Of a stretch of 64,000 nucleotides of DNA, positions 10,266 to 21,234 are shown in pieces. Source of the stretch: a virus (Duplodnaviria > Caudoviricetes). The stretch covers positions 42,866 to 106,865 of IMG/VR virus record IMGVR_UViG_3300025358_000002, one strand, 5' to 3'. The translations under genes and the position numbers were made by a program. Every line of letters starts with the position of its first letter. Position 1 is the first letter of the stretch. A model generated the notes under the pieces. It did no database searches and was not told the origin of the DNA. It saw only the letters and a list, made by a program, of their open reading frames with translations.

Positions 10266-12783
10266 TACAACAGGAATTCTAGCTAGATTACAAGCAGCTC
10301 TCACCACGTACGACCCTTCATGGGACGTAAGCGTAGGCAGCCCTACCTACAAGATCTTTGAATCAGTTGCTCAGGAAATCGCAAACGCTAACAACAACTC
10401 TACGCTGCAGACTTACAGCTACAATATTAACACAAAATCCGGTAGTGACCTTGACACGTTTGTCAATTTGTTTGGTATCTATCGTCAGCTCGGTAAGAGA
10501 TCTGTTGGAACCGTATCGTTTATTTCAAATACGCCAGCCATCAGTATCATCAATATTCCATTGGGAACTCAGGTAGCTGTACCAGTTGGCCCAAGGTACA
10601 CAACGCCAATTTACTTCACCACTACTGCGCCTGCTATTATCCCAATTGGCGGCACACAAACAAACGTGCCAGTCATTGGAACCCTGCCCGGTGTGTTCGG
10701 CAACGTTCCTGCTAATACCATTACGGCAATGGTAACCACTCTTAACGGAGTCACGTCAATTGCCAATGTTAACCCCACTACTGGTGGTACTGATCCTGAA
10801 AGCGACGCCCAGCTTCGATCAAGATGGCAGGCTACCGCATTCAACAACACTACCGGCACCAACGGTAAGTACATTGTTACTGCTTTGCAGAACCCAAACG
10901 TCAACCTTGCCAACGCTGTAAGCTCACAGTCTTTCTATGACGAACAGTTGTCAATTCAAGCAACGGTTAGTGGCGGCTCTAGCAACGTAACATTCCAGAT
11001 GATTGCATACAGTGGCATGACTAACGTAGTAAGTGGCACTGTATACAGCGGAACCAATATCGTTACATATAGCGGCTTCACTTCATCAACAACTGGCACT
11101 GCACTTGCTTCTGGCCTTCAGGCAATGGTCAGTGGTGTTGCACCTAATTACGGTATTAACGTAACGGCAACACCTTCAGGAAACACAATCAACCAGGGTC
11201 TTAATATCCAATTCGGTGGACCTAGCCCATACCGCTTGACAATTGGTAGTGGCAACACGCTTAGTGCAAGTGGCGTAACAGGTGTTACTGGTGCAGTTAC
11301 CATTAGTGGCACAACGTACACGGAATACGTACGTAGTGGCAACCCCGACATCGGTGCTCCAGGAACTTTGTCCTACAACCCAACATATAGCGGCTACCTA
11401 TATCCACAGGGGAACGAGCTTGTAGGAACTAGCTTAAACTCAGCAAGTCAAACTGTATACGTTCCTAACTCTGACTACTACTACAACAGCGGTGGTACGT
11501 ACACAGTAAGTGGTACCTTCTCGCCACAGCTGTTCTTGTCAATTGCTAACCCCACAAACAGCGGGACAATGTTTATTGGCAACACGGTTGAAGTGATCTC
11601 GGAATATAACCCTGCCTCCAATCGTTCATTGACAATTACTAGCGGTAACTACGTAGACGTATTTATCGATGGTACAACAGCTGGCATTGCTACCGAACAA
11701 GTTGTGTTTAACCCATCCTTTACGTTGTCTTCGGGCAATAGCATCAGGTACTTGAACTCAGGGAACTACGTACTTGGTAGCGGTGGCAGCGCAGGCACTC
11801 ACACAACAACCGATACTCAGGGTGACTACTACATCCCACTTGATCGTCAGCCACTTATCAACTTCCCATCGCAGCTCAGTGCAGCTTCTAGCGGAATTGC
11901 TGACACTTTTTTCCTTTACAATCCTATCAACAACACTGGGGCAACTTACCCAATTTGTTTGAATCCATACAATTTTATTACGTTTACTGGAACCGTAACG
12001 GCGTCCCAATATACGTATATAAATGTTTACGGTGTAACAGTTACTGGATCCACCGTATCGGGTATTAACTTCGTTTCTGTTCCAAACGCAAACACGTTCC
12101 TGGCACCCGGGTTGGCGTTGGCACAAGATGGTAGTGGTATCCTCGGTGCTGGTACGTGGATTTCAAGTGTGTCGAGCAGCGGTATTTACTTGAGCTCATC
12201 GGTATCAAACAGCGGAACAACAACCTTTAGTGGTAAGTCCGTTGCTTATCCAATTTACGATAACACCAATCAAGCGAACAGTGTTCACTCGATGACAGGT
12301 ATTGTTCTGGACGCATCCACACCGCCTTCAGGATGGCCATCTCAGCCATCTACTCCATCATGGGTACAGTACACACACAACTACAACAATGACGTTGTAG
12401 ACGTAGAAGCACTTGTTCAGCAGAGCAGACCATTTGGTACCAACACCATGGTTCACCAGGCCGTCTTTCAGCGATTGAGTGTAAGCGTAAGAATCGTATT
12501 CTCCAGTGGGTACAGTCTGCCAATTGTTCAGTCGAGCATCTTGAACCAACTTCAGAACTATTTCAATGGCAGCGGGTATCTTTCTATCATCTCGTTTGCT
12601 CAGATTCAAACCCAGATCATGAACGTAGCTGGTGTATCAAACGCACGTGTTACAAGTGTAAGCACAACGGCTCTGGATGGCACGGTTCTCAGTACATACA
12701 CATCAGACTTCCTGCTTCCAAGCAACCAGTTACCATTGATCAGCAACATTAATTACACAATTGTTGGAGCAAGCACCTTCTAA
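10258..12783 (+). CDS. baseplate J-like protein with large SG-rich insertion
   Basis: GSDLDTFVNLFGIYR, GNVPANTI, TGGTDPESDAQLRSR motifs; C-terminal VAGVSNARV. Confidence 0.85.
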   Translation: MADTTGILARLQAALTTYDPSWDVSVGSPTYKIFESVAQEIANANNNSTLQTYSYNINTKSGSDLDTFVNLFGIYRQLGKRSVGTVSFISNTPAISIINIPLGTQVAVPVGPRYTTPIYFTTTAPAIIPIGGTQTNVPVIGTLPGVFGNVPANTITAMVTTLNGVTSIANVNPTTGGTDPESDAQLRSRWQATAFNNTTGTNGKYIVTALQNPNVNLANAVSSQSFYDEQLSIQATVSGGSSNVTFQMIAYSGMTNVVSGTVYSGTNIVTYSGFTSSTTGTALASGLQAMVSGVAPNYGINVTATPSGNTINQGLNIQFGGPSPYRLTIGSGNTLSASGVTGVTGAVTISGTTYTEYVRSGNPDIGAPGTLSYNPTYSGYLYPQGNELVGTSLNSASQTVYVPNSDYYYNSGGTYTVSGTFSPQLFLSIANPTNSGTMFIGNTVEVISEYNPASNRSLTITSGNYVDVFIDGTTAGIATEQVVFNPSFTLSSGNSIRYLNSGNYVLGSGGSAGTHTTTDTQGDYYIPLDRQPLINFPSQLSAASSGIADTFFLYNPINNTGATYPICLNPYNFITFTGTVTASQYTYINVYGVTVTGSTVSGINFVSVPNANTFLAPGLALAQDGSGILGAGTWISSVSSSGIYLSSSVSNSGTTTFSGKSVAYPIYDNTNQANSVHSMTGIVLDASTPPSGWPSQPSTPSWVQYTHNYNNDVVDVEALVQQSRPFGTNTMVHQAVFQRLSVSVRIVFSSGYSLPIVQSSILNQLQNYFNGSGYLSIISFAQIQTQIMNVAGVSNARVTSVSTTALDGTVLSTYTSDFLLPSNQLPLISNINYTIVGASTF

Positions 12784-13745
12784 TGCCGGGCAACGTCTTC
12801 CCAATATCTCCTCACTCTACCTTAGCCAAGAAGGTAGAGAACTTCCCTGAGCAGATTTACAACTTTAATGAGGGCGACAATCTCACAAACCTTATGACCA
12901 TTTTGCTTGGCAACAGTGGAACTGGTCAGCTCAGAAATATTCAGACCGTAGCACGCCTTGGGCAAGAAATCATTGAGTTCAGTAACCTGGACAACATCCT
13001 CGGTCAAATCTACCAAATCAATAGAATTTCATCTGAGATCTATAGCTTCGCTACTAACCCGTTCATTGACCAGCTTCTTAATGCGCAATGGGAAGAAGTG
13101 CAACGTAAGGACGCTCTTTACCGCGAACGTTTGCTGGGAGCAGCGGAAGCATTTCAGATCGGTGCCAACCTATGGGGTATCCTCACCTTGTGCGAAGCTA
13201 TCACTGGTATCAAGTTCTATGCGCTTGAAAGCTGGAGAACTCCTGGGTATGGCAGAGCAGGACTCAACGCAGGTCAAGAAATTGTTCTTATCCCCTTGGT
13301 TGACGGGAACGTATTCAAGTGGGATCAGAGCAAGGCTCAGGGAATTCTTTCTGCAATACAAAAGATTGTCCCCAACAACTACATCATTAGTTTTGGCAAT
13401 CCATATCTGACAATGACGCAAGTGCCGCTAAGCAGCGTTACCGTTTCTGGCGGCAATCCAGTGGGTTATTCTGAATACTTTTATTTGCAGCCAACAGTAA
13501 CGGCAACGAACATTTATACGCCAGCAAACATTACGCCAGGTGCTGGTACTAGATACTGGCTCACAAGAAATCAGCAAAGTGTTGCTCCATACTTTGCTCA
13601 CTTACAGACTGAAGAAATCATCATTGACCTAACGGGCAACATTGTAAACGTTTCTAGCACAGATACAAATGGAAACGGTGCCCCAAGTAATAGCGTTGCC
13701 ATCCCTACAGTACAAGTTACATCTACCCTTTATGGTGCACAATAA
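12783..13745 (+). CDS. baseplate wedge protein (P2 gpI-like)
   Basis: Follows baseplate J; LDNILG...DALYRERL...GILTLCEAITG pattern. Confidence 0.6.
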   Translation: MPGNVFPISPHSTLAKKVENFPEQIYNFNEGDNLTNLMTILLGNSGTGQLRNIQTVARLGQEIIEFSNLDNILGQIYQINRISSEIYSFATNPFIDQLLNAQWEEVQRKDALYRERLLGAAEAFQIGANLWGILTLCEAITGIKFYALESWRTPGYGRAGLNAGQEIVLIPLVDGNVFKWDQSKAQGILSAIQKIVPNNYIISFGNPYLTMTQVPLSSVTVSGGNPVGYSEYFYLQPTVTATNIYTPANITPGAGTRYWLTRNQQSVAPYFAHLQTEEIIIDLTGNIVNVSSTDTNGNGAPSNSVAIPTVQVTSTLYGAQ

Positions 13746-16700
13746 TGTCGATCATCCCAAGTAATACTGACCCGTTACAGGAATATGTAAGCGGTGGTGC
13801 GACTCCACCATTAACAATTAACGGGCTTGTATATAACAAGATCTATGCACAAACAGGTGTGCTTGACACCATCAAGACCAACCAACGCACTGGGTATACA
13901 GATCCCAACATCAGCATTGTTAACGGGTCCAACAACCTCACTATCTTTGACCAATTTGTTGAAAACACGTGGATCTCTAGCCAGCAATTCGGTGGACCCA
14001 ACAGCCCTCCTGTTATCCTGACATACAATTTCAGTACCAACACCTACTTTAACATTGTCAAACTGTATGCGCTTAATGTTCCATGCTTTGTTGAACTAGG
14101 TTGGATTGACACCAACAACAATTGGAACGCTCTTCCTGGTTCCTCCACGTTTGTTAACGCCGGTGGCTCTGATATCTACACCACTACTGACTGGTTGCCC
14201 CTTACATACAACGCACCGTCTACACAGTACACACCCAATTTAGCAATCCGGATCACACGCAACCAAGCGGTTCAAGGTATTAGCAATGGTATCCCTGTAG
14301 ACCTTGCATACTCGGTGGGCCTTACATCCGTCAGTGTCCGTTTGCAAGTGCTGCAAGAATCTGATGTACCTTCTGCGGTTATCAACGGAACAAACTCCGT
14401 CAATACGCAGAACCGTTTTGGTTTCTTAGAGAACTACACGTTTGTCAACGATCCTATAGCCAACATTTATGGCAATGACACTGCATTCTGGAAGTGTGCA
14501 CCACAACCAACTGGCGACTCCATTGTTTATTTTTACGCTCAGGTAAGTGACCCTACGCCAACAACGATCAACCGTCTATACATTGACCCAATGTACAGCG
14601 GATGTAAGTTCAACATCTACTGGACTACTCAGTCCACTGCAGGTGGAACTGTTGACCCAGGTCAGTTCACATGGACACCAATTCAGAGAGACTTTAATCT
14701 GCGTAAAGGGCTCTATGATTTGCCAAACGTTACGTGTACGTACTTGAAGTTTGAGTTCACACAGCTTATACCAGAAGCATATGACCTGCCTGTTGACGTC
14801 ATCACAAAAACTGTCAACGTGTTTCCTTCAGATGTTGAAGAATATTACAGTCAAATTGAAAGCAACATTATCGATGGAAACTCTGTTCAGTACAGTTTCC
14901 TTGGCAACAACAACAACCCACAAACTTCAACTACCACAAACCTGAATGCTTCTACGCTGTTTGGCCTGTCTTCAAATACTATCAACAATGACATCTCTTG
15001 GCCAAACCTAGGTTCACTTAATTCTTCACAGCTTGGTAATACCACTACGACTGCTCTTACAACCAACTCCTACATTACTGACCCTACTTTTAGTTACAAA
15101 ACCATTGACAACAATGGTAATTACAATAACGTTGCATACAACCAGTTCTTGCAGCGTCGTTTCCCGTGGACAACCGTACACAACTACACTCAGATTACTA
15201 TTGATCAGAGCTGGCACGAAGCCTACTTCACGGGTATCCAGTATCTTACAGCGTTTTACGAACAACAGTTTGACGATATCCGCAGCAACCCAACCAATCT
15301 GATCGCAAGTAACGGCACCACCAACGGTTTTATTTCTCAGAATGTTAACTACGTGGGTCTTAACCCCGATGACACTGCCACAACAAAATGGTACTCAACT
15401 CTTGATACATTCACCAGTTTTAATATCGGTGCTCTTACTAGTGACTGGAGCAGTTTCTTAACAGATTCGCAAGTTCTTATGAACGATTCATCGGTTCTGC
15501 TTAGCCAGTACAGAGATAATTGTTCCGCCAGCGGTATTGGCAACTTTGGAACCAGCACCATTGTTGCTGTTTCAGGTCTTGCCAGCAACAACTCTTATAG
15601 CATTCGTTCAGCAGCGTACCCAACATCGAGTAACGAAATTGCGTATACAGATGCAAACTTTATCACGATCAACAATTGGTCAGGTTTGAGCGGCACCACC
15701 GTAGCAACACAAAAAGTGTCTTGGATTTCTGGCACTACAAGTGGTACCGCTAGCGGGTTGTCTGTTAGTGCTGGTGCATACACAGCTGTATACAACTTCA
15801 CTATTCCAGGTGTAGCGGCAAGCGGTACTACGCCATGGCTTCTTGATTTTGGTGCTCCAGCAGAGGGTGTTACTGGTTATGGTGTCTATAACCCAACGAA
15901 CCAATCTTTAAGCTATTACTTCTACACAGGGGTACAAGTATCCGGCAATAGCTCTGGCATCTCACAGGTAAGCGGAACGCTTAGTGCCTACACACAGTTC
16001 GTGAATTCATCCAATGCTCCTGTTAGCGGTACGGTCGTACCAGGATCTACGGTTACATTCGCATCCGGTAGCGGTAGCAACCTTGGCTACTTGACATCAA
16101 CGAACTATACCAGCAGCATTCCAACAAACACAATCCAGCTCGTTATCAGTGGCTTTGGTAGCCCGTACAACTTGTACCAACTTGGTGCTTTCCCATCACC
16201 AACAACTACATGGACATCTCCACAAGACCGAAACAACATGCGTGTAAGTGGTGTTGCCAGAATGTTCTTACCCTTTACTGATAAGGGTACATACAGAATT
16301 AGTTTATTTGCAAGCAACGGTGCAACGCAGACAGAGCTTGCGTTCAAGCAGTTCTCATCTGGGCAGATCCCTCTCAATACGTGGTTTGAAGTACAACTGG
16401 AATCTTTTACGGGTAAAAACTACTCCAATTTCTACGTACAAATTACCCAGGTAAACCAGTTTGTTGACGAAGTATTTTACGTAAGTATGCTGTCACCCTT
16501 CTACCACCCAGTACGTTTTGAGTACAGCACTATTAGCGGAGCTGCAACCAACTACCAGGTAATCACTGGTCCTATTAATGATCCTACATATTTTGTGAGC
16601 ACCACATCAGGTATTCCAGCCAGTGGTATTCAGCTGAGGATGACCGCTCTTGACCCAAACGTTTTCATTTCTGGAGTGAGTGTTGTTCCTTATTACAAGA

Positions 16701-16879
16701 GTAGTCCTTACTATGCAGAACTGGATATTGATTACGTTGGCAACAGTAAAACCAACGAGGTCAGTTCACGTAGAGCTGTAGCGAACAAACCGTTCTTTCA
16801 GAATACTACTGAGGTTTATCCTCTCCGTTTCAATGTAGATACTGTAGTAGGACCTACGACAAATTACGTTTCAGCTTGA
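13745..16879 (+). CDS. large minor tail / receptor-binding-type structural protein
   Basis: 1044 aa, beta-sandwich-type composition, SG-rich central region, last gene of tail module. Confidence 0.55.
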   Translation: MSIIPSNTDPLQEYVSGGATPPLTINGLVYNKIYAQTGVLDTIKTNQRTGYTDPNISIVNGSNNLTIFDQFVENTWISSQQFGGPNSPPVILTYNFSTNTYFNIVKLYALNVPCFVELGWIDTNNNWNALPGSSTFVNAGGSDIYTTTDWLPLTYNAPSTQYTPNLAIRITRNQAVQGISNGIPVDLAYSVGLTSVSVRLQVLQESDVPSAVINGTNSVNTQNRFGFLENYTFVNDPIANIYGNDTAFWKCAPQPTGDSIVYFYAQVSDPTPTTINRLYIDPMYSGCKFNIYWTTQSTAGGTVDPGQFTWTPIQRDFNLRKGLYDLPNVTCTYLKFEFTQLIPEAYDLPVDVITKTVNVFPSDVEEYYSQIESNIIDGNSVQYSFLGNNNNPQTSTTTNLNASTLFGLSSNTINNDISWPNLGSLNSSQLGNTTTTALTTNSYITDPTFSYKTIDNNGNYNNVAYNQFLQRRFPWTTVHNYTQITIDQSWHEAYFTGIQYLTAFYEQQFDDIRSNPTNLIASNGTTNGFISQNVNYVGLNPDDTATTKWYSTLDTFTSFNIGALTSDWSSFLTDSQVLMNDSSVLLSQYRDNCSASGIGNFGTSTIVAVSGLASNNSYSIRSAAYPTSSNEIAYTDANFITINNWSGLSGTTVATQKVSWISGTTSGTASGLSVSAGAYTAVYNFTIPGVAASGTTPWLLDFGAPAEGVTGYGVYNPTNQSLSYYFYTGVQVSGNSSGISQVSGTLSAYTQFVNSSNAPVSGTVVPGSTVTFASGSGSNLGYLTSTNYTSSIPTNTIQLVISGFGSPYNLYQLGAFPSPTTTWTSPQDRNNMRVSGVARMFLPFTDKGTYRISLFASNGATQTELAFKQFSSGQIPLNTWFEVQLESFTGKNYSNFYVQITQVNQFVDEVFYVSMLSPFYHPVRFEYSTISGAATNYQVITGPINDPTYFVSTTSGIPASGIQLRMTALDPNVFISGVSVVPYYKSSPYYAELDIDYVGNSKTNEVSSRRAVANKPFFQNTTEVYPLRFNVDTVVGPTTNYVSA

Positions 16880-16904
16880 TCTTTTTCTTGATCGGTGATA
16901 TGAT
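16876..16904 (+). promoter_or_regulatory. SigA-type promoter, leaderless transcript for helicase
   Basis: TTGATC-17nt-TATGAT with TG extension; ATG 6 nt downstream (16911). Confidence 0.6.
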
Positions 16905-16910
16905 TTGTTC

Positions 16911-18764
16911 ATGTCTTCAGATAAAGTTATATACATCCAGAGAAGTGAAATTCTCAATGGAGTACTAAGATACAGCAGTCTGGACGAAGAAGTCAAGAAA
17001 TTATTTTCATTGGATTCCTACGGTACTCTCCGGGATCGTGACAAGATCAGCTTTTTTGATGACTTGATCAGGTATAACGGTTACGAATTGCAGTTTGAAG
17101 ATCAAGATGCTGAGGACAGGTACTACTCCCTCTTGGCATGTAGTAGGAACCCGTACGAGGTGAACAGTCCTTTCTTGGATGATCACCAGCTCTTCCCATT
17201 TCAACACATCGGGTTGAACTACGTCTGGGAACAACTGCATTCTAGCAAACCAAGGGTGCTGGTCCAGTGGGACACTGGTGCTGGTAAGACTCTTCTCAGT
17301 TGCTTGACCAGCCAGAAATTGTTCGATGCTGGCGATGTGGACCTTGTTCTGGTCTTCTGCAAAAAGATCAAGCAGTACGACTGGGAGCAAGAGTACCGTC
17401 GTATGACCCATCTTACTGTTGCACGTGTTGGCGAGAAGATGACCCGTGCCAAGCGTCATGCATTTTATGAGCAAGATAAGTCGCAGGTGCTAGTTCTTAA
17501 TTACGAGAAAGTGCGTGACGGATCTCTCAAGAAGGTCAAGGGAGAACGTCGACGCGTTAAATCGTATGACCGCACTGACCTTCAGCAGATACTCGAGATG
17601 GCGTCCGACAAGCGTGTGCTGGTTGTCATTGATGAATCACAGAAGATTAACACTGGCACTAGTTTATTGAGTGATGGGTTTACTCGCTTGATCAACGAAG
17701 TGGCAGACACTATGGTGCTGGCGCTTACAGCTACTCCCTACACCACCAGCCCACTGAACATCCGCAACATTATGTCAGTGGTTGCTCCTGGTATACCGGA
17801 TGTAAGCGACATGAGTCGCGACAAATTTAAGTCCATGTACGGCAAAGAGTTTGGTCTCTTTAACAATGGGTTTGTCCAGGAAGTGTACGTCAAGGAATGG
17901 GACCGTGCCAAGCTCCCTATCTTGGGTAAGAAGCACGAGGACTGGACGCACATCGCAATGAAGAGTGACCCTACTATTGCAGCCCAGTTTCCTGAGAGTA
18001 TGCCCAAGCGTCTGGTGTACGAGCTGTCAGATCTTGACCGTGAGATCTACGACTGGGCGGAAGAGCGTGCTCGAGAAAAGTACAACCCTGACAATCAGGT
18101 AGCCAACTGGTCATACATTGACACCCTGCGCATGATCTGCAACACCACCGAGGGACTGAAGAACAGTGACAGCAAGTTCGCCAAGGAAATCGTGGCAGAA
18201 TTTGGCAGCGACATCAGCATCCAGAACAGCTCCAAGTATCAACTGATCGAGGGCAACCTTGAATCCTACATTGAAAATGGCGACAAGTCTGTGCTGTTTA
18301 CGTTCTGGACAAACGGAACGCTGTTCCCTTATCTCGAAGCCCTAAGGGCTAAGTTCTCTGGCGTACCCATCCTCCCTATCTGGGGCGTGGGCATGAGCAG
18401 CGACGAAGTAACCAAGAATATCAAAACATTCAACGACACCAAAGGACCGGCCATCCTGATCACCAGTGATGTCGGTCAGGAAGGGCTGAATCTGTATGCG
18501 CCATACCTCTGGAATATTGAGATTCCAAGAACTTATGCGGAATATAAACAAAGAGCTAACCGAATTAACCGAGCTGACTCGAAATCAAAGGGAATTAATC
18601 ACACTTGGATCTACCGCCCAGTTGCGAGCAATACAATCGAAGAGCGCGTTGATAGTAAAGTTCTGCGAAGAAGAGCTGAAGCGGAATCTATCCGTGGAGT
18701 AGTCGACGAGCTAGGCGACATGGAAGACACTATTGATCTAACCCCTAAGGGTTTTCTTTTCTAG
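16911..18764 (+). CDS. SNF2-family (SF2) helicase
   Basis: LFPFQ Q-motif, DTGAGKT Walker A, IDESQ Walker B, LTATP, EGLNL, QRANRINR. Confidence 0.9.
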   Translation: MSSDKVIYIQRSEILNGVLRYSSLDEEVKKLFSLDSYGTLRDRDKISFFDDLIRYNGYELQFEDQDAEDRYYSLLACSRNPYEVNSPFLDDHQLFPFQHIGLNYVWEQLHSSKPRVLVQWDTGAGKTLLSCLTSQKLFDAGDVDLVLVFCKKIKQYDWEQEYRRMTHLTVARVGEKMTRAKRHAFYEQDKSQVLVLNYEKVRDGSLKKVKGERRRVKSYDRTDLQQILEMASDKRVLVVIDESQKINTGTSLLSDGFTRLINEVADTMVLALTATPYTTSPLNIRNIMSVVAPGIPDVSDMSRDKFKSMYGKEFGLFNNGFVQEVYVKEWDRAKLPILGKKHEDWTHIAMKSDPTIAAQFPESMPKRLVYELSDLDREIYDWAEERAREKYNPDNQVANWSYIDTLRMICNTTEGLKNSDSKFAKEIVAEFGSDISIQNSSKYQLIEGNLESYIENGDKSVLFTFWTNGTLFPYLEALRAKFSGVPILPIWGVGMSSDEVTKNIKTFNDTKGPAILITSDVGQEGLNLYAPYLWNIEIPRTYAEYKQRANRINRADSKSKGINHTWIYRPVASNTIEERVDSKVLRRRAEAESIRGVVDELGDMEDTIDLTPKGFLF

Positions 18765-18908
18765 AAAGGATGTAAAGGTGGGGAGAACTTGGTCCCAGAT
18801 AGTGAGGCGGCTGAATGTTTATCGTCGTCTCCAGAAGGGCCCGGTCTTCCTCGGGGGTCGCAGTCGGTGTCATACTTTGACTCCCCCCGAGGCCCTTCTG
18901 TAAACATT

Positions 18909-19268
18909 ATGCAATTAACAATTGATTACAGCTGGCAAAACAATGCCACGTGCAGCACCATGGACCTCAATGATTTTTTCTTAGGTCACGGTAAAAAATA
19001 TTCAAAAGCAGTATCTGATGCGTGCACCTCTTGTCCGGTAAACAAAGAATGCTTAGACCATGCATTGAAGTATGAAGAGTATGGTTTTTGGGCTAACACC
19101 ACGCCGCAAAGACGAGTAAAGATGCGCAAGGAACTTGGCATCAAGGTAGAAAGCATCACGTACGAATCTCAAAAAGCTGCTGACAAAGATGCTGCCAAGA
19201 TAGAAGAGACGCGTGTTAAGATTAGAGGGCGCGGCAGAAAGCCACGCAATCTTCAGGAGCAGCTATGA
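18909..19268 (+). CDS. whiB: WhiB-family transcription factor with basic C-terminal tail
   Basis: W...C...F...CxxCPV..EC...GFWA.T; ends RGRGRKPR; ATG 18909 preferred over TTG 18789. Confidence 0.8.
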   Translation: MQLTIDYSWQNNATCSTMDLNDFFLGHGKKYSKAVSDACTSCPVNKECLDHALKYEEYGFWANTTPQRRVKMRKELGIKVESITYESQKAADKDAAKIEETRVKIRGRGRKPRNLQEQL

Positions 19269-19966
19269 GATCAGTTAGAGTCGGTTTGGTAATCCCCGTA
19301 TTGAATAACTTCGATCAAGCAATCGATGCCATCTACTCAGCTAAGAGTGAAAACGATCTTAGGATCTACATCCAACCACAGTATCGTTATCAGGTGCCAT
19401 TGGCAGCAGCATGGAATCGTGGCATCAAACAAGCTTACAATGATGGCTGTGTTGTTACTATTGTTAGTAACGACGACGTTCTGTTCGCCCCAAACACCAT
19501 CGATGAACTGGCCGATGCGGCTAGAGACATGAACGACGATGAGATCATGGTGCACCCCAACGACATCCTGGAAATACTGGATGACCCGTCAGAAATTTTA
19601 TTCTTAGACGAATGGGGCGACGAACCACTTAGTCACGAAGATCAAACATTCTCGTGCTTTGCTATCAGATCAGACTTTACTTCTGAGATGGGTACGTTCG
19701 ATGAGAACTTTGACCCAGCCTGGTGGGAAGACACTGACATGAAGTACCGTATCAATCTCATGGGTTACAAACGTGTGCGTACACACATTCCATATGTGCA
19801 CCTGCGCCACCAGTCAACACAGAAGCTGAACCTTCCACTCAACTCATTGAAGAGTGGCGAATACTATGCTAAGAAGTGGGGTAGCAACGGTAGAGGCTTG
19901 ACAGAAACGTTTACCAACCCGTATAATGATCCTAGCTTAAGTCCTACAGAGTGGAGAAAACTGTGA
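19265..19966 (+). CDS. glycosyltransferase, GT2/GT-A
   Basis: VIPVLN, AAAWNRG, NDD, FDENF..WEDTD, YVHL. Confidence 0.85.
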   Translation: MRSVRVGLVIPVLNNFDQAIDAIYSAKSENDLRIYIQPQYRYQVPLAAAWNRGIKQAYNDGCVVTIVSNDDVLFAPNTIDELADAARDMNDDEIMVHPNDILEILDDPSEILFLDEWGDEPLSHEDQTFSCFAIRSDFTSEMGTFDENFDPAWWEDTDMKYRINLMGYKRVRTHIPYVHLRHQSTQKLNLPLNSLKSGEYYAKKWGSNGRGLTETFTNPYNDPSLSPTEWRKL

Positions 19967-21234
19967 GCAAGACGCGCGTATTGGCATGGGGCGACTACGC
20001 CTGCAGTACTGGATTCGGCACCGTGATGAAGAACATCATGAGTGAGTTAAACAATACTGGCAAGTATGAGATTGACGTTGTGGGTGTCAACTATGACGGT
20101 GGCCCATACGACACTGAGAAGTGGCCAGGCACACTGTGGCCAGCCATCAGCGCACTGCGCACACAGGGTCCATACGGTGACGTGTTCGGTCGACAGGTAT
20201 TCCTAGACCTGCTGGGAACACGTGAGTACGATGTTGTGTTTATCGTGCAAGACACGTTCATCGTTCTGCCAATCGTAGCTCAGATCCTCGAGCTGCAGCG
20301 CACTAAAACTAAGACGTTCTCCACTGTTTACTACTACCCGTTCGACTGCGCACCACGAGAAGAGTGGGTCACTCAGTGTGTTGCTAGCTTTGACTTCCCT
20401 GTTGCTTATACGGAATACGCAAAGAACGAAAGCCGAAAGTTCATTGGTGGTTTGGCAGACAAGCAGCACGTTATCTACCACGGTACCAACACCAAGGACT
20501 TCTACCCATTGTCACCAACCGACAAAGAATCTGCACGCCAGTCAATCTTCCCAGCTCAGCTGCAAGACAAGTTTATTATCACCAATGTCAACCGTAACCA
20601 GGGGCGCAAGGATGTGTCTCGTAGCTTGATGATTCTCAAGCAGCTGAAAGACATGGGTGTTAAGGAAGCATTCCTTTACATGCACATGCAGGAGACGGAC
20701 TTCGGTGGCAGCCTTATGCAAATGGCACAAGCTATTGGTGTTAAGCCAAGCGAAGACTTCACCGTACCAGACCCACGTCAGTTCGGTGCGCACAGTGGAT
20801 TTCCCATTGAGTTTCTCAACGGTATCTACAACGCTAGTGACTGCTACTTGACCACCACACACGGTGAGGGTTGGGGACTTAGTATCACTGAATCTATGGC
20901 CACCAAGCTTCCTGTTGTTGCTCCTGACAACACCTCAGCACCTGAGATCCTGGGTAATGACCGTGGCTGGAGAATTAGCAGTGGCCGTACACCTTCGCAC
21001 TGGATTATCAAGGACAACGACAACGAGCGTATGCGTCCGCTGATGGATGTTGAAGAGGCCGCCAACACCATCAAGTACATCATGGACAACCCTGACGAAG
21101 CTGCTCGGCGTGCTGAGAATGCTTACGCATGGATCCAAGAACACACTTGGTCAGATGTATGCAAGCAGTGGCTCAACGTGTTCAAGCTGGCGGCCAACAG
21201 CGCAAAGTCTAAGAACCTGTTGAAGGGACAATGA
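19963..21234 (+). CDS. glycosyltransferase, GT4/GT-B
   Basis: TGFG, NRNQGRK, EGWGLSITESMA (E-x7-E); GTG start overlapping upstream TGA. Confidence 0.9.
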   Translation: MSKTRVLAWGDYACSTGFGTVMKNIMSELNNTGKYEIDVVGVNYDGGPYDTEKWPGTLWPAISALRTQGPYGDVFGRQVFLDLLGTREYDVVFIVQDTFIVLPIVAQILELQRTKTKTFSTVYYYPFDCAPREEWVTQCVASFDFPVAYTEYAKNESRKFIGGLADKQHVIYHGTNTKDFYPLSPTDKESARQSIFPAQLQDKFIITNVNRNQGRKDVSRSLMILKQLKDMGVKEAFLYMHMQETDFGGSLMQMAQAIGVKPSEDFTVPDPRQFGAHSGFPIEFLNGIYNASDCYLTTTHGEGWGLSITESMATKLPVVAPDNTSAPEILGNDRGWRISSGRTPSHWIIKDNDNERMRPLMDVEEAANTIKYIMDNPDEAARRAENAYAWIQEHTWSDVCKQWLNVFKLAANSAKSKNLLKGQ

